Shown: positions 54,277-63,297 of the stretch, in pieces
Numbering within the stretch: position 1 is the first letter of the stretch
Layout of the letters: each line of letters starts with the position of its first letter
Assembly: GCA_946413815.1 (NCBI GenBank)
Contig: CAMKMD010000014.1
Coordinates: 1,048-65,047 of the forward strand
Source: an uncultured Ruminococcus sp.
GTDB lineage: Bacteria > Bacillota > Clostridia > Oscillospirales > Ruminococcaceae
Reading direction: 5' to 3'
Length of the DNA: 64,000 nt
Made by a program: the position numbers and the translations under genes
The notes under the pieces: model-generated
Database searches by the model: none
Told to the model about the DNA's origin: nothing
The model's input: the letters and a program-made list of their open reading frames with translations, nothing else

Positions 54277-55152
54277 TCATTCCTCTATCTTAGACATAAA
54301 TTCCTCAGTGGAGAGAAGTCCGCTGCGGTTGAGCCTGCCTACACCGTAAAGGCATTCCGGATCGCGGACTATGGTATTTATCTGCTCACGGCAGGTGAGT
54401 GCTATAAGCATCCCAGCCTCACGGAGTACAGGCATCCCCGCCTGACTGACGCTCCCGAAGGGATAGGCAAATACAAAGGGCATGGTACCCGTATGCTCAT
54501 GGAGGGCGTATTGCAGGGCGAAGATATCCTCCCGCAGGGCGGCGGTGTAGTCCTCGTCTGATTCTCCTGCCATCTGAGCACAGCCTCTTCTCGGCGAGAG
54601 CGAGTGCATATCGTAGGTATGGTTCCCGATCTCAACACGCCCCGACTCCTGAAGCTCGCGTATATCATCCCACGTAAGGTAGGAATACAGGGTGTTGTGC
54701 GGGTCAGCCGCCGCATTTATATCTGTGTACTTCCCGACAACGGATACCACCGCATACATATCGTATTTCTCAAGCAGCGGCAGGAGTACGGAGAGATTGC
54801 TGTAGAAGCCGTCATCGAGGGTTATGAGCACCGGCCTGTCCGGAAGGCTCCCCCGGCCTTCTGTATAGCTGCATATCTGCCTTGCGGTAACGGAGGTATA
54901 GCCGTGCTCATTAAGCCAGCACAGGTCTTCCTCAAGCTGCTCCGGAGTAACCACATACTCCGAGGGCGCATTCCCGCCGACGCTGTGATACATTATTACC
55001 GGCAGCCGGACCTCCTGACCGGAGAGACCCTCCGCAAAGGTCATGACGGTCCTTCCCACAAGGAAGCAAAGAGCGCATACCGAGAATATGACAGCGTCCA
55101 GAACGAGCAGCCTCAGGAATCTTCCCGGACTGTAGCAGTGATACATAGCCAT
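54277..55152 (-). CDS. Polysaccharide deacetylase family protein (membrane-anchored)
   Basis: N-terminal TM. PVIMYHSV, ITLDDGFYSN, GNHTYDMH. Confidence 0.85.
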   Translation of the reverse strand: MAMYHCYSPGRFLRLLVLDAVIFSVCALCFLVGRTVMTFAEGLSGQEVRLPVIMYHSVGGNAPSEYVVTPEQLEEDLCWLNEHGYTSVTARQICSYTEGRGSLPDRPVLITLDDGFYSNLSVLLPLLEKYDMYAVVSVVGKYTDINAAADPHNTLYSYLTWDDIRELQESGRVEIGNHTYDMHSLSPRRGCAQMAGESDEDYTAALREDIFALQYALHEHTGTMPFVFAYPFGSVSQAGMPVLREAGMLIALTCREQINTIVRDPECLYGVGRLNRSGLLSTEEFMSKIEE

Positions 55153-55296
55153 CCCCCCTCAGTCAACTCTATGCGTCAGGGGAGGGGATAATGCCTGTAC
55201 ACATCCTGCAGGACTATTTTTCCTCCCTGATGAATATAATCCTCTGTAAAGCAAATACTGATCCTCAGACAGAGCAGGAAGAAACGAGGTGCAGGG

Positions 55297-56448
55297 ATGA
55301 CACGTTACAGGAAAAAGAAGATAAGGGCAGCACTGAGGTGCTGCATCACGGCAGCTCTGCCGGTGGCGGCAGCAGCAGTACTGAAGCTTCTGCCGGCAGC
55401 GGAGGCGGCAGTCGGGCGCATCGGCAGTCTGCGGATGGACAAGGGGGAGACTGTATCTGCGGCAGTCTATAACGTAGAGCGGGCGGCAGTAAAGGCCTCA
55501 GCAGGGGACTTCATAGTCTCCGAGGGCTTCGGCTGGCGTGAGGAGACCCTGCCTGAGCCCTCCGGTGAGGTAGTCCTTCCCGACCCCTGTGAGACCGTAT
55601 CACCGTCGCCGGGGGAGAAGCCCTATCCGGCAGTGTGGAATACTGGAAGTCCCATTCTGCGGACGACCTACGGGGAGTACTGGGGTGATCCCTTCTTTGA
55701 CCTTGAAGTATGCGGACAGGTCAACAACCGCACCGAACTGCCGAACAGCCTTCTCATCGAGGAAAGCCGCCGCCCTCCGGATTTCACCATAGCCGATACC
55801 GCAGGACCTCAGGTGCTGATATACCATACCCATACGACAGAGAGCTTTGAGCCCTTTGTGCGTGAGAACGGCGATGACACCTTCAACTACCGCACCACAG
55901 ATGAAACGAAGAATATCGTCATGGTCGGCGATGCTATACAGGCGGAGCTTGAAGCCGCCGGCATCGGAGTTATCCATATCCGTACCATACACGATTACCC
56001 GTCGTATAACGGTTCCTATGCCCGCAGCCGTGAGTCTGTCGTACCTGTCCTTGAAGCGAACCCCTCCATTAAGGTTGCGCTGGATATACACCGTGACGCC
56101 ATCTCGGGTGACAGCGGACTTGCCCAGCCCTTTACGGAGATAATGGGGAAGGAGGCAGCTCAGGTCATGATAATATCCGGCTGCGATGACGGTACCCTCG
56201 GTATGCCGGAGTATATGAAGAACTTTCACTTTGCCTGTGCCCTCCAGCAGCAGCTCGAAGGCGACTGGAAGGGGTTGACAAGGCCGATACTCTTCGACTA
56301 CCGCCACTACAACCAGGATCTCACCACAGGCAGCCTTCTCATAGAGGTGGGTTCCCACGGGAACACTCTTTCCCAGGTGCAGTGGTCCGGCCAGCTCATC
56401 GGCCGATCCCTTGCATCTCTGCTGAACAGTATGAAGGAGGGGAGCTGA
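55297..56448 (+). CDS. spoIIP: Stage II sporulation protein P family
   Basis: VLIYHTHTTESF...DIHRDA...IEVGSHGNT are typical of SpoIIP. Confidence 0.85.
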   Translation: MTRYRKKKIRAALRCCITAALPVAAAAVLKLLPAAEAAVGRIGSLRMDKGETVSAAVYNVERAAVKASAGDFIVSEGFGWREETLPEPSGEVVLPDPCETVSPSPGEKPYPAVWNTGSPILRTTYGEYWGDPFFDLEVCGQVNNRTELPNSLLIEESRRPPDFTIADTAGPQVLIYHTHTTESFEPFVRENGDDTFNYRTTDETKNIVMVGDAIQAELEAAGIGVIHIRTIHDYPSYNGSYARSRESVVPVLEANPSIKVALDIHRDAISGDSGLAQPFTEIMGKEAAQVMIISGCDDGTLGMPEYMKNFHFACALQQQLEGDWKGLTRPILFDYRHYNQDLTTGSLLIEVGSHGNTLSQVQWSGQLIGRSLASLLNSMKEGS

Positions 56449-56747
56449 TGAGGCATAAAAATATAAAACCGGCCGCAGCAGTGATGATAGTCTATCTTCT
56501 GCTGACCGCCGGTATCTGGATGTTTCTGTATTCTCTTACGCTCTCCGGAGCTAATATGACCGGAGTGCGTCTTGCTCCTGCGGAGCTGATAACCACTGAG
56601 GGAAGAGCGGAGCTGCATCTTGCGGGTGCGTCCGTCACCGCCCCTGCTTCGCTGCCCGGGAGCAGCAATGCGTATCTTGTGGCATATCTTCTCTCGCCGG
56701 ATGAATTCAGGGCTGAACTCTATGTACTTGCATCCCTCATGCCTTAG
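56448..56747 (+). CDS. Small hypothetical membrane protein
   Basis: The ATG overlaps the spoIIP stop, RBS gaaggagg. TM AAAVMIVYLLLTAGIWMFLY. Confidence 0.4.
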   Translation: MRHKNIKPAAAVMIVYLLLTAGIWMFLYSLTLSGANMTGVRLAPAELITTEGRAELHLAGASVTAPASLPGSSNAYLVAYLLSPDEFRAELYVLASLMP

Positions 56748-57318
56748 GGCTGTATCTTCTTACAGACACGTATCTCCGCTGATCCTTCATATCGAAATAG
56801 AAGCTGTTTAGCTCGCCGGAGTATACAAGAGTGGCACCCGGGAAGCTGCGGAAGTCATCGGGAGTATAGAGGCAGAAGGGCTTTTCAAGCTTTATGCCGA
56901 TCTTATCCATGGTGTAGGCCACGAACTGCGAACAGACGAAGCTGTACTTCCTGTTCCATTCTATATTGAAGTAAACCGCGATAAGTCCGAGCACATTATA
57001 GGAATAGATATTCCGGTTATCGGAGAAATGGCGTATTATACGCTCATACTCGAGCTTCTGCTCGCGTGTTACGGGTATGCGGTATATCTCGCAGGGAATA
57101 AAATCATATTTGCCGAGAGTACCTTCGCCTACTGTCTCCTTGTTGAAGGTTGCCGGAAGGGGAAAGGGAGTATAGGAGCGGCAGAAGCTGTACATCTCAG
57201 ACAATGAAGCGTCTCCGGAGAGGGAAACGTGATTATACGGCTTTTTCGTGAAGAATCTGAAGAATCGTGCAGGCCTTGTGCCGGTCTGTGCGATTATCAG
57301 ATATATAGAATCCTCCAA
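56737..57318 (-). CDS. Hypothetical protein, possibly a permuted NlpC/P60-papain-like enzyme
   Basis: TTG start with aggagg 7 nt upstream. PYNHVSLS (His) lies about 100 residues before FVCSQFVAY (Cys). Confidence 0.5.
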   Translation of the reverse strand: MEDSIYLIIAQTGTRPARFFRFFTKKPYNHVSLSGDASLSEMYSFCRSYTPFPLPATFNKETVGEGTLGKYDFIPCEIYRIPVTREQKLEYERIIRHFSDNRNIYSYNVLGLIAVYFNIEWNRKYSFVCSQFVAYTMDKIGIKLEKPFCLYTPDDFRSFPGATLVYSGELNSFYFDMKDQRRYVSVRRYSPKA

Positions 57319-57419
57319 AATGTCACCTCCTGAACCTGTCAGAAAAGCTGGCAGTGATAATCTACAAAAAGAAAAGCTGACCCTGAAAAAATTTTCTTCT
57401 CCAATTATATCATAAACTA

Positions 57420-57448
57420 TTGCAAATTACAAGAGTTTTTGCTATAAT
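57420..57448 (+). promoter_or_regulatory. SigA-type promoter upstream of the tRNA
   Basis: TTGCAA (57420-57425), 17-nt spacer, TATAAT (57443-57448). Confidence 0.45.
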
Positions 57449-57521
57449 TATATAGGTGCGCTGTTATAGAGCACGAAATCCGCCGTATATTTGTATATAC
57501 TGGCAGTAGAAAATGATATAT

Positions 57522-57596
57522 GCGCCTGTAGCTCAGCGGATAGAGCAGCGGCCTCCGACGCCGTGTGCGGTGGTTCGATTCCACTCAGGCGTGCCA
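57522..57596 (+). tRNA. tRNA-Arg (anticodon CCG), CCA encoded
   Basis: Hand-folded cloverleaf. Acceptor GCGCCTG/CAGGCGT, D arm GCTC/GAGC, anticodon stem GCGGC/GCCGT, loop CTCCGAC, T arm GGTGG-TTCGATT-CCACT, discriminator G then CCA. Confidence 0.85.
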
Positions 57597-57602
57597 TTTA
57601 AA

Positions 57603-57632
57603 GTCCTGCGTATCAGCAGGGCTTTTTGTTTT
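57603..57632 (+). terminator. Rho-independent terminator after the tRNA
   Basis: Stem gtcctgc/gcagggc, 6-nt loop, then tttttgtttt. Confidence 0.7.
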
Positions 57633-57732
57633 GCAGGCATCCTCACATCGGTTGCCGGCATATATACTGCTGCATATGACAGCACAGAAAAGGAGCCCGG
57701 GAGCTTATATCCCGGGCTCCTGATATTATCGC

Positions 57733-59103
57733 TCAGTTCTCCTTTACGAAATCCTCGATGCTCTTGCTGTAGCCTGTAGAAGTAGCAGCATAGAAGCTGA
57801 GGATGATGGAAGCGTCGTTGGAATCAACGAGCTTGTCCTTGTTTACGTCGCCTGAGAGCTTCTGTTCGTCAGTAAGGCTCTTGGTGGAATCGGTGGAAAG
57901 GAGGGCATAGGCTTCAAGGATGCCGGAAGCGTCGTTTGCATCCACCATATTGTCCTCGTTGAAGTCGCCGAGAACGTATTCTGCAGGAGCCGGAGCTGCC
58001 TTTGAGGGGTCGCCGAGCACTGCCTTGAGTGTCTCAAGAGCGCCTGCGGGGTAGCTGTCCTTGTTGGGGAGGCTGTTGTATGCAGTGTTGAGAGCGCCGT
58101 TATCGTCGTGGAGCTTTATCTTGCCTTCGATGCTGAGGGTGTTGAGGATATCAGCTGCGATAGCGATATTTCCTGCCTGGTTGGGGTGTATGTCGATATT
58201 CTTGTCCTGCATCTTGTCGAAGTACCAGGTGTGTCTTGCGCCGCTGAGATCAAGAGAATCGAATGTGGTGTATACATCGATCAGGGTAGCATCGTTCGCT
58301 GCAGCGCACTCTGAGAGCTGTGTGGAGAAGGATGTGAGAACGCTGTCGAACTTTACGACCAGGTTGTCGAGCAGGCTCCTGTAGCTGCTGTCATAGGTCT
58401 TCTCGAAGTATGTAGGCTCGAAAACGATGGGGTTGTAAACGGTCTCGACCATGATCTCGGCATCGGGGTTGAGCTCCCTGATCTTGCTGATGGTATCTGT
58501 GATATTGGGGATGACCTCTGTCTCGATGACCCTCTTGTATCTTGAAGCATTCTTGTTTGCGGATGTTATACCGAGATCATTTGAGAGCTTTGAGAGCTCT
58601 GTTGAGACGGTGATCATGTTGGAAAGATCGGAAGTAAAGGCCTTGATCTTAGCCTTGTCGATCATATTCTTAACGTCGCTGAGAGTCGGATCCTCAGGGA
58701 CAACTGCATCAGCATACTCATCCTTCAGGCATCCCGCACCCTTGGCGACTGTAAGAAGTCTGTTGGAAGCGAAGTGCATCATGTCGTTGGCGCCTATGGA
58801 GATTACAACGAGGTCTGCATCCTTGAGGGAGGCATCTACTTCCTTGTTTGAGGAAACGAGGTTTTTGAGGTCTCCTGACTCTGCGCCGGGCTGAGCGTAA
58901 TTATCGACCTTTGCGCCGAGATAATCGGCAAGGATCTCACCGTAAGCGTATTCGCTCTCGGCAAGGCCATAGCCGCTTGTGATGCTGTCGCCTAAAAGTA
59001 CGATGTTCTCAATGGAGTCTGCTGCCTGTGCTGTAGGTACGGCTGCTGCGATACCTGAGAGAGTGAGCGCTGCGGCAGATATTGCTGAAACAATCTTTTT
59101 CAT
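57733..59103 (-). CDS. SGNH/GDSL hydrolase (esterase) with C-terminal dockerin
   Basis: Signal peptide. Block I VLLGDSITSGYG, block III ISIGANDMM, block V DIHPNQAG. Dockerin GDFNEDNMVDANDASGILEAYA...GDVNKDKLVDSNDASIILSFYA. Confidence 0.8.
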   Translation of the reverse strand: MKKIVSAISAAALTLSGIAAAVPTAQAADSIENIVLLGDSITSGYGLAESEYAYGEILADYLGAKVDNYAQPGAESGDLKNLVSSNKEVDASLKDADLVVISIGANDMMHFASNRLLTVAKGAGCLKDEYADAVVPEDPTLSDVKNMIDKAKIKAFTSDLSNMITVSTELSKLSNDLGITSANKNASRYKRVIETEVIPNITDTISKIRELNPDAEIMVETVYNPIVFEPTYFEKTYDSSYRSLLDNLVVKFDSVLTSFSTQLSECAAANDATLIDVYTTFDSLDLSGARHTWYFDKMQDKNIDIHPNQAGNIAIAADILNTLSIEGKIKLHDDNGALNTAYNSLPNKDSYPAGALETLKAVLGDPSKAAPAPAEYVLGDFNEDNMVDANDASGILEAYALLSTDSTKSLTDEQKLSGDVNKDKLVDSNDASIILSFYAATSTGYSKSIEDFVKEN

Positions 59104-59245
59104 TATGTGATCCTCCTTTATCTGACTGTTGAACAGTCTATATATTGATTATACTTTATTAGCACAGCTATGTCAAGTGAAATTATTTACATTAACACAA
59201 TGCGGGCGCATGATATGCGCCCGCGTTCTGTACCATGCAAAAGGC

Positions 59246-60646
59246 TTATTTCAGCGGCAGTTCATCTGCCCTGATGATGCCTGCATCCATTTTCTGTATG
59301 GTGATGGCATCAGTGCCGGTGAGACCGGGCTGTCCGTCGATATCAGCATTGACGAGCCCTTCCTCGGAGAGAGGATATTTCGTCTGATTGGCCACATACT
59401 GCAATACCGCAACAGCATCTGAGACATCAACCTTTCCGTCGTTGTTGGCATCACCGTACTTTACAGCAGCCGGGGCAGAAGTCTCAGTCCGGGCAGGTAT
59501 CGCCGCACCGCCTTCGTATACCGCCTTGTACATCTCCTGTGCCCATACCTGACGCATCATATCGTAGCCCTCGGAGGAGGGATGTACTCCGTCGCCGCTG
59601 AGTCCGTCGGGATGTTCATTGAAGAAGGCCTCGAAGTCCGGTCCCTTGATGAGCTTTCCTTCATATTCGCTCCAGAGCTGATCTATCTTTGCATTGAAGA
59701 GCGGAACGTTGCTGCCCACATCGGCATTCGTCGAGCCCGGTATCTTGGGAAGGACAGGTATCCTGCCCGCTGCAAGTATCCTGTCTATCATTGCCTTTGT
59801 GTTCTCATAGTACTTTCCCGCATTTCCGGGATTGCCCCAGCAGTCATTCGTACCGTAGGCTATGCTCACGTATCTTGCCGGGCAGTCCTCCAGCCATTTG
59901 TCGATATTCTCGATTCCGTCAGTGCTGGTGATGCCGCCGATGCCGCCGTTTATCTGGACGGGGAAGAAATCCGGCGCAAGCTGGCTGAGATAGGTGGCAA
60001 AGCCGGTGCCGTAGCAGTTATTCATGCCGCCGGCAGTTATGGAATCGCCGAGGAAGAGCCATGTATCCGCCTTTCCGCTGTGTATGTCCATGTTGAGGCT
60101 TATGTTCTTCCCCTCAGCCCCGTCTGCCTTGAGGACGTTAAGCCTTATCCAGTTATATCCTGTCATATCAAGGGTGTGGAGCATAGAGCCGTAGGTGCTT
60201 CCGCGCACCTCCTTCACCTTCACCCAGCCGTCCTTCGGGTATTCACCGCCGGGAGCGGCATTGACCTCAACATCATAGTCGGTGGGCACCATGTTCTGAT
60301 TGATATACTGTCCTATGCGGTCAAAGCAGCCGGTGGTGTACCATACAGCACTGACCTCCTTCCTCTGCTCCTCCGGCACTCCGGAGAGGTCGTATGCCAG
60401 GTAGTCCGGCGCGGTACCGGACCAGAAGGAGAAGTAGTGCTCGTCATTTCCCGCAACGGCGGTAGCCGGATTCGTGCCGGAATAGGCCGGTACGTTCCTG
60501 CTTATCAGCGGACTTGCTTCCGCACTGTCAGCTGCGTACACCTTTTCTGTCATGGGATATATCCCTCCTCTGTCTGTGATGCCTGCGAATGAGGCTGTAA
60601 GTGTGGCTGCGATAAGAAACGCCCCCGCCATTCCGTAAATACGCAT
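59246..60646 (-). CDS. Galactose-binding-like/CBM-like domain, SGNH hydrolase and dockerin
   Basis: Signal peptide. N-terminal beta-sandwich-like region. FLGDSITAGG, AYGTNDCW, DGVHPSSEGY. Dockerin YGDANNDGKVDVSDAVAVLQYVANQTKYPL...NADIDGQPGLTGTDAITIQK. Confidence 0.8.
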   Translation of the reverse strand: MRIYGMAGAFLIAATLTASFAGITDRGGIYPMTEKVYAADSAEASPLISRNVPAYSGTNPATAVAGNDEHYFSFWSGTAPDYLAYDLSGVPEEQRKEVSAVWYTTGCFDRIGQYINQNMVPTDYDVEVNAAPGGEYPKDGWVKVKEVRGSTYGSMLHTLDMTGYNWIRLNVLKADGAEGKNISLNMDIHSGKADTWLFLGDSITAGGMNNCYGTGFATYLSQLAPDFFPVQINGGIGGITSTDGIENIDKWLEDCPARYVSIAYGTNDCWGNPGNAGKYYENTKAMIDRILAAGRIPVLPKIPGSTNADVGSNVPLFNAKIDQLWSEYEGKLIKGPDFEAFFNEHPDGLSGDGVHPSSEGYDMMRQVWAQEMYKAVYEGGAAIPARTETSAPAAVKYGDANNDGKVDVSDAVAVLQYVANQTKYPLSEEGLVNADIDGQPGLTGTDAITIQKMDAGIIRADELPLK

Positions 60647-60919
60647 GATAAATTATCCCCCTGTTAATATACTATGATACAATACCGCTTGTCAATATCC
60701 GGTTTCCGGCAGCTTGTATTAAATCATACTTTAATTATATATCAATTTAATTGATAAATCAAGGTTATATCTAACATTAAGACGCTGATGTCAGCAGATT
60801 TGTGCAACCCGGACAATACAACTTCCTTGATTTAATAACTATCATCCATATGCAACTTAAATGATCACATTTCTGAATGCCGCCCTGAAGTGAAGAGAGA
60901 GAGTTTTTTCAGAAAAGAC

Positions 60920-60948
60920 TTGTGAAAAGGAAAAAAAAGGTGTATAAT
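60920..60948 (+). promoter_or_regulatory. SigA-type promoter for metG
   Basis: TTGTGA (60920-60925), 17-nt spacer ending in TGt... (tgTATAAT), TATAAT (60943-60948). Confidence 0.5.
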
Positions 60949-61021
60949 AGTATTATCGTTCTGCAAAAAAGCCTCCGGCGAAGGCAGCAGACGGTAAATT
61001 CACAGATCGGAGAGATAGATT

Positions 61022-63022
61022 ATGTCAAAGAAACCCTTTTACATCACCACGCCTATTTATTATCCATCGGGAGAACCGCATATCGGTCACTGCTATACAA
61101 CAGTAGCCTGCGATTCCATAGCCCGTTACAAGCGAATGCAGGGTAATGACGTAATGTTCCTGACCGGCACAGATGAGCACGGTCTTAAGATAGAGCAGAA
61201 GGCTGAAGCCGCCGGAGTAACTCCCAAGGAGTATGTTGATGGTATCGTCGCCATCTTCAAGAAACTCTGGAGCTATATGAATATCAGCTATGACAGATAT
61301 ATCCGCACCACAGACGACTATCATGTCGAGGCGGTGCAGAAGATATTCAAGGAGCTGTATGACAGGGGATATATCTATAAGGGCGAGTACTCCGGAAAGT
61401 ACTGTACTCCCTGCGAGAGCTTCTGGACAGATTCCCAGCTTGACGAGAACGGCTGCTGTCCCGAATGCCACAGACCCGTAAAGTTCGCAAAGGAGGAGGC
61501 TTACTTCTTCAAGATGTCTCCCTTTGCAGACCGCATAGAGAAGCTCCTTCTTGAGACGGATTACCTCCGCCCGAAGACAAGAGCAGTCGAGCTGGTAAAC
61601 AACTTCATCAAGCCCGGCCTCGAGGACCTCTGCGTTTCAAGAACCACATTCAAGTGGGGCATCCCCGTTACATTTGACGACAAACACGTTGTATACGTAT
61701 GGATAGACGCCCTTTCCAACTATATCACAGCACTCGGCTACATGAACTCCGCACACAACGACTTTGAGAAGTACTGGCCTGCCGATGTTCACATGGTAGC
61801 CAAGGACATCATGAGATTCCATGCTATCATCTGGCCTGCAATGCTCATGGCTCTCGATGTGCCGCTCCCTCATCACCTTGCCGTACACGGCTGGATAACG
61901 ATGCAGGGCAAGGGCGGCGAAAGCGAGAAAATGTCCAAGTCTCTCGGAAATGTTGTTGACCCCTTCATGCTCGGCGAGCGCTACGGAGTTGATACCATTA
62001 GATACCACATCCTCCGTGAGATGGCTCTCGGTGCAGACAGCGCATTCTCCAATGAGATAATGATAAACCGCATCAATTCCGACCTTGCCAACGGCTTCGG
62101 AAACCTCGTTTCCCGTACCGTAGCAATGGCTGACAAATACTTCGGCGGCACTCTTCCCGCAGACCGCGAGAGCGATGCACTTGATGAGGAGTTCAAGGCA
62201 AAGGTCACCGGACTTCTTGCCGAGGTTGACAAGTATATCGACGAGACAAGGCTGAAGCAGGCCCTTGAGGCTATCTTCGAGGTAGTGTCCCGTGCGAACA
62301 AGTATATCGACGAGACAGAGCCCTGGAAGCTGGGCAAGGACGAGACAAAGAAGGCACGCCTTGCGTCAGTCCTCTATAACCTCCTTGAGGCTATCCGTGT
62401 AACATCCGCACTTCTCGCACCCTTCATGCCTACAACAATGCCGAAGGTATGGGAGCAGATAGGCGCATCAGCAGCTGACGTTGAGTATGACAAGCTGGAC
62501 AAGTTCGGTGTGCTGCCTGAGAACGTAACAGTACACAAGGGCGAGATACTCTTCCCCCGTATCGACGTTGACAAGGAGATCGAAGAGCTCAATGCCATCC
62601 TCCTGAAGAATATGGAAGCAGCAAAGGCAAAGCTTTCCTCCGAGGAGAAGGGCGAGAAGACTGAGGCTGCCGAAGAGGCCGAGATACCGGAGCTTGCTCC
62701 CGAGATCACTATCGACGATTTTGCAAAGGTAGAGATACGTGCAGCAAAGGTGCTCTCCGCCGAGAGAGTGAAGAAGTCCGACAAGCTGCTCTGCCTCCAG
62801 CTCGATGATGGAATGGGCGGCAGACAGGTAGTATCCGGCATCGCCCAGTACTACGCCCCGGAGGATCTTGTAGGAAAGACCATCCAGCTCATAGCCAACC
62901 TGAAGCCCGTAAAGCTCAGGGGCGTAGAGAGCAACGGAATGATCTGCGCAGCTGATACACCTTCCGGCATCAGGGTAATATTCCTTGACGACGATATCCC
63001 CGCAGGCTCAAAGATAAGATAA
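61022..63022 (+). CDS. metG: Methionine--tRNA ligase with C-terminal tRNA-binding (EMAP/Trbp111-like) domain
   Basis: HIGH as PHIGHCYT, zinc knuckle CTPCESFW...CCPECHRP, KMSKS as EKMSKSLGN, C-terminal VEIRAAKVLSAERVKKSDKLLCLQLDDG. Confidence 0.95.
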   Translation: MSKKPFYITTPIYYPSGEPHIGHCYTTVACDSIARYKRMQGNDVMFLTGTDEHGLKIEQKAEAAGVTPKEYVDGIVAIFKKLWSYMNISYDRYIRTTDDYHVEAVQKIFKELYDRGYIYKGEYSGKYCTPCESFWTDSQLDENGCCPECHRPVKFAKEEAYFFKMSPFADRIEKLLLETDYLRPKTRAVELVNNFIKPGLEDLCVSRTTFKWGIPVTFDDKHVVYVWIDALSNYITALGYMNSAHNDFEKYWPADVHMVAKDIMRFHAIIWPAMLMALDVPLPHHLAVHGWITMQGKGGESEKMSKSLGNVVDPFMLGERYGVDTIRYHILREMALGADSAFSNEIMINRINSDLANGFGNLVSRTVAMADKYFGGTLPADRESDALDEEFKAKVTGLLAEVDKYIDETRLKQALEAIFEVVSRANKYIDETEPWKLGKDETKKARLASVLYNLLEAIRVTSALLAPFMPTTMPKVWEQIGASAADVEYDKLDKFGVLPENVTVHKGEILFPRIDVDKEIEELNAILLKNMEAAKAKLSSEEKGEKTEAAEEAEIPELAPEITIDDFAKVEIRAAKVLSAERVKKSDKLLCLQLDDGMGGRQVVSGIAQYYAPEDLVGKTIQLIANLKPVKLRGVESNGMICAADTPSGIRVIFLDDDIPAGSKIR

Positions 63023-63031
63023 CCAGGCGTA

Positions 63032-63062
63032 AAAGAGCAAACTCCGTTTGCTCTTTTACTGT
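63032..63062 (+). terminator. Rho-independent terminator after metG
   Basis: Stem aaagagcaaac/gtttgctcttt, loop tcc, then tactgtt. Confidence 0.75.
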
Positions 63063-63209
63063 TCACAAAAGTATCTGTTACTGTGGATTATAGTGTTTTA
63101 GTGTCACAGTAGCCTCGTCTGCATCGATTGTATATATGCAGGAAATGCTTCGTTGGCTGTTCCGGAGCAAAAAAAGACAGGTGCATGATAAAAACAGCAA
63201 CAAGTTTTA

Positions 63210-63238
63210 TTGACTTTATTTCCGAATAGTGCTACAAT
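63210..63238 (+). promoter_or_regulatory. SigA-type promoter
   Basis: TTGACT (63210-63215), 17-nt spacer, TACAAT (63233-63238). Confidence 0.5.
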
Positions 63239-63297
63239 ATTATGGGATATTTCCGCCGATTCCGATGAACGGAAGGCATGATGAAAGGAGAGGCATT

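Noticed and set aside
14838-56447. Longer N-terminal extensions in the ORF track (starts at 14838, 16241, 20745, 21339, 25523, 34214, 35617, 37901, 45862, 49806, 51994, 56382)
   Set aside because: In each case an internal ATG or GTG is preceded by a properly spaced GGAGG-like RBS and restores the canonical family N-terminus. The extensions overlap upstream genes or terminators.
59582-60592. 336-aa plus-strand ORF antisense to the SGNH esterase gene
   Set aside because: It is a shadow ORF of a gene with clear GDS, GxND and DxxH blocks plus a dockerin. No independent support.
60741-60755. 7-1-7 palindrome atcaatt-t-aattgat upstream of the esterase gene
   Set aside because: It is a short AT-only palindrome in AT-rich intergenic DNA, which is likely by chance. 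No second copy was seen.
60949-61021. Expected T-box leader upstream of metG
   Set aside because: The predicted promoter leaves only about 70 nt of leader. No specifier-loop architecture or T-box sequence (the conserved GGUGGNACCGCG-type element) is present, so there is probably no T-box here.
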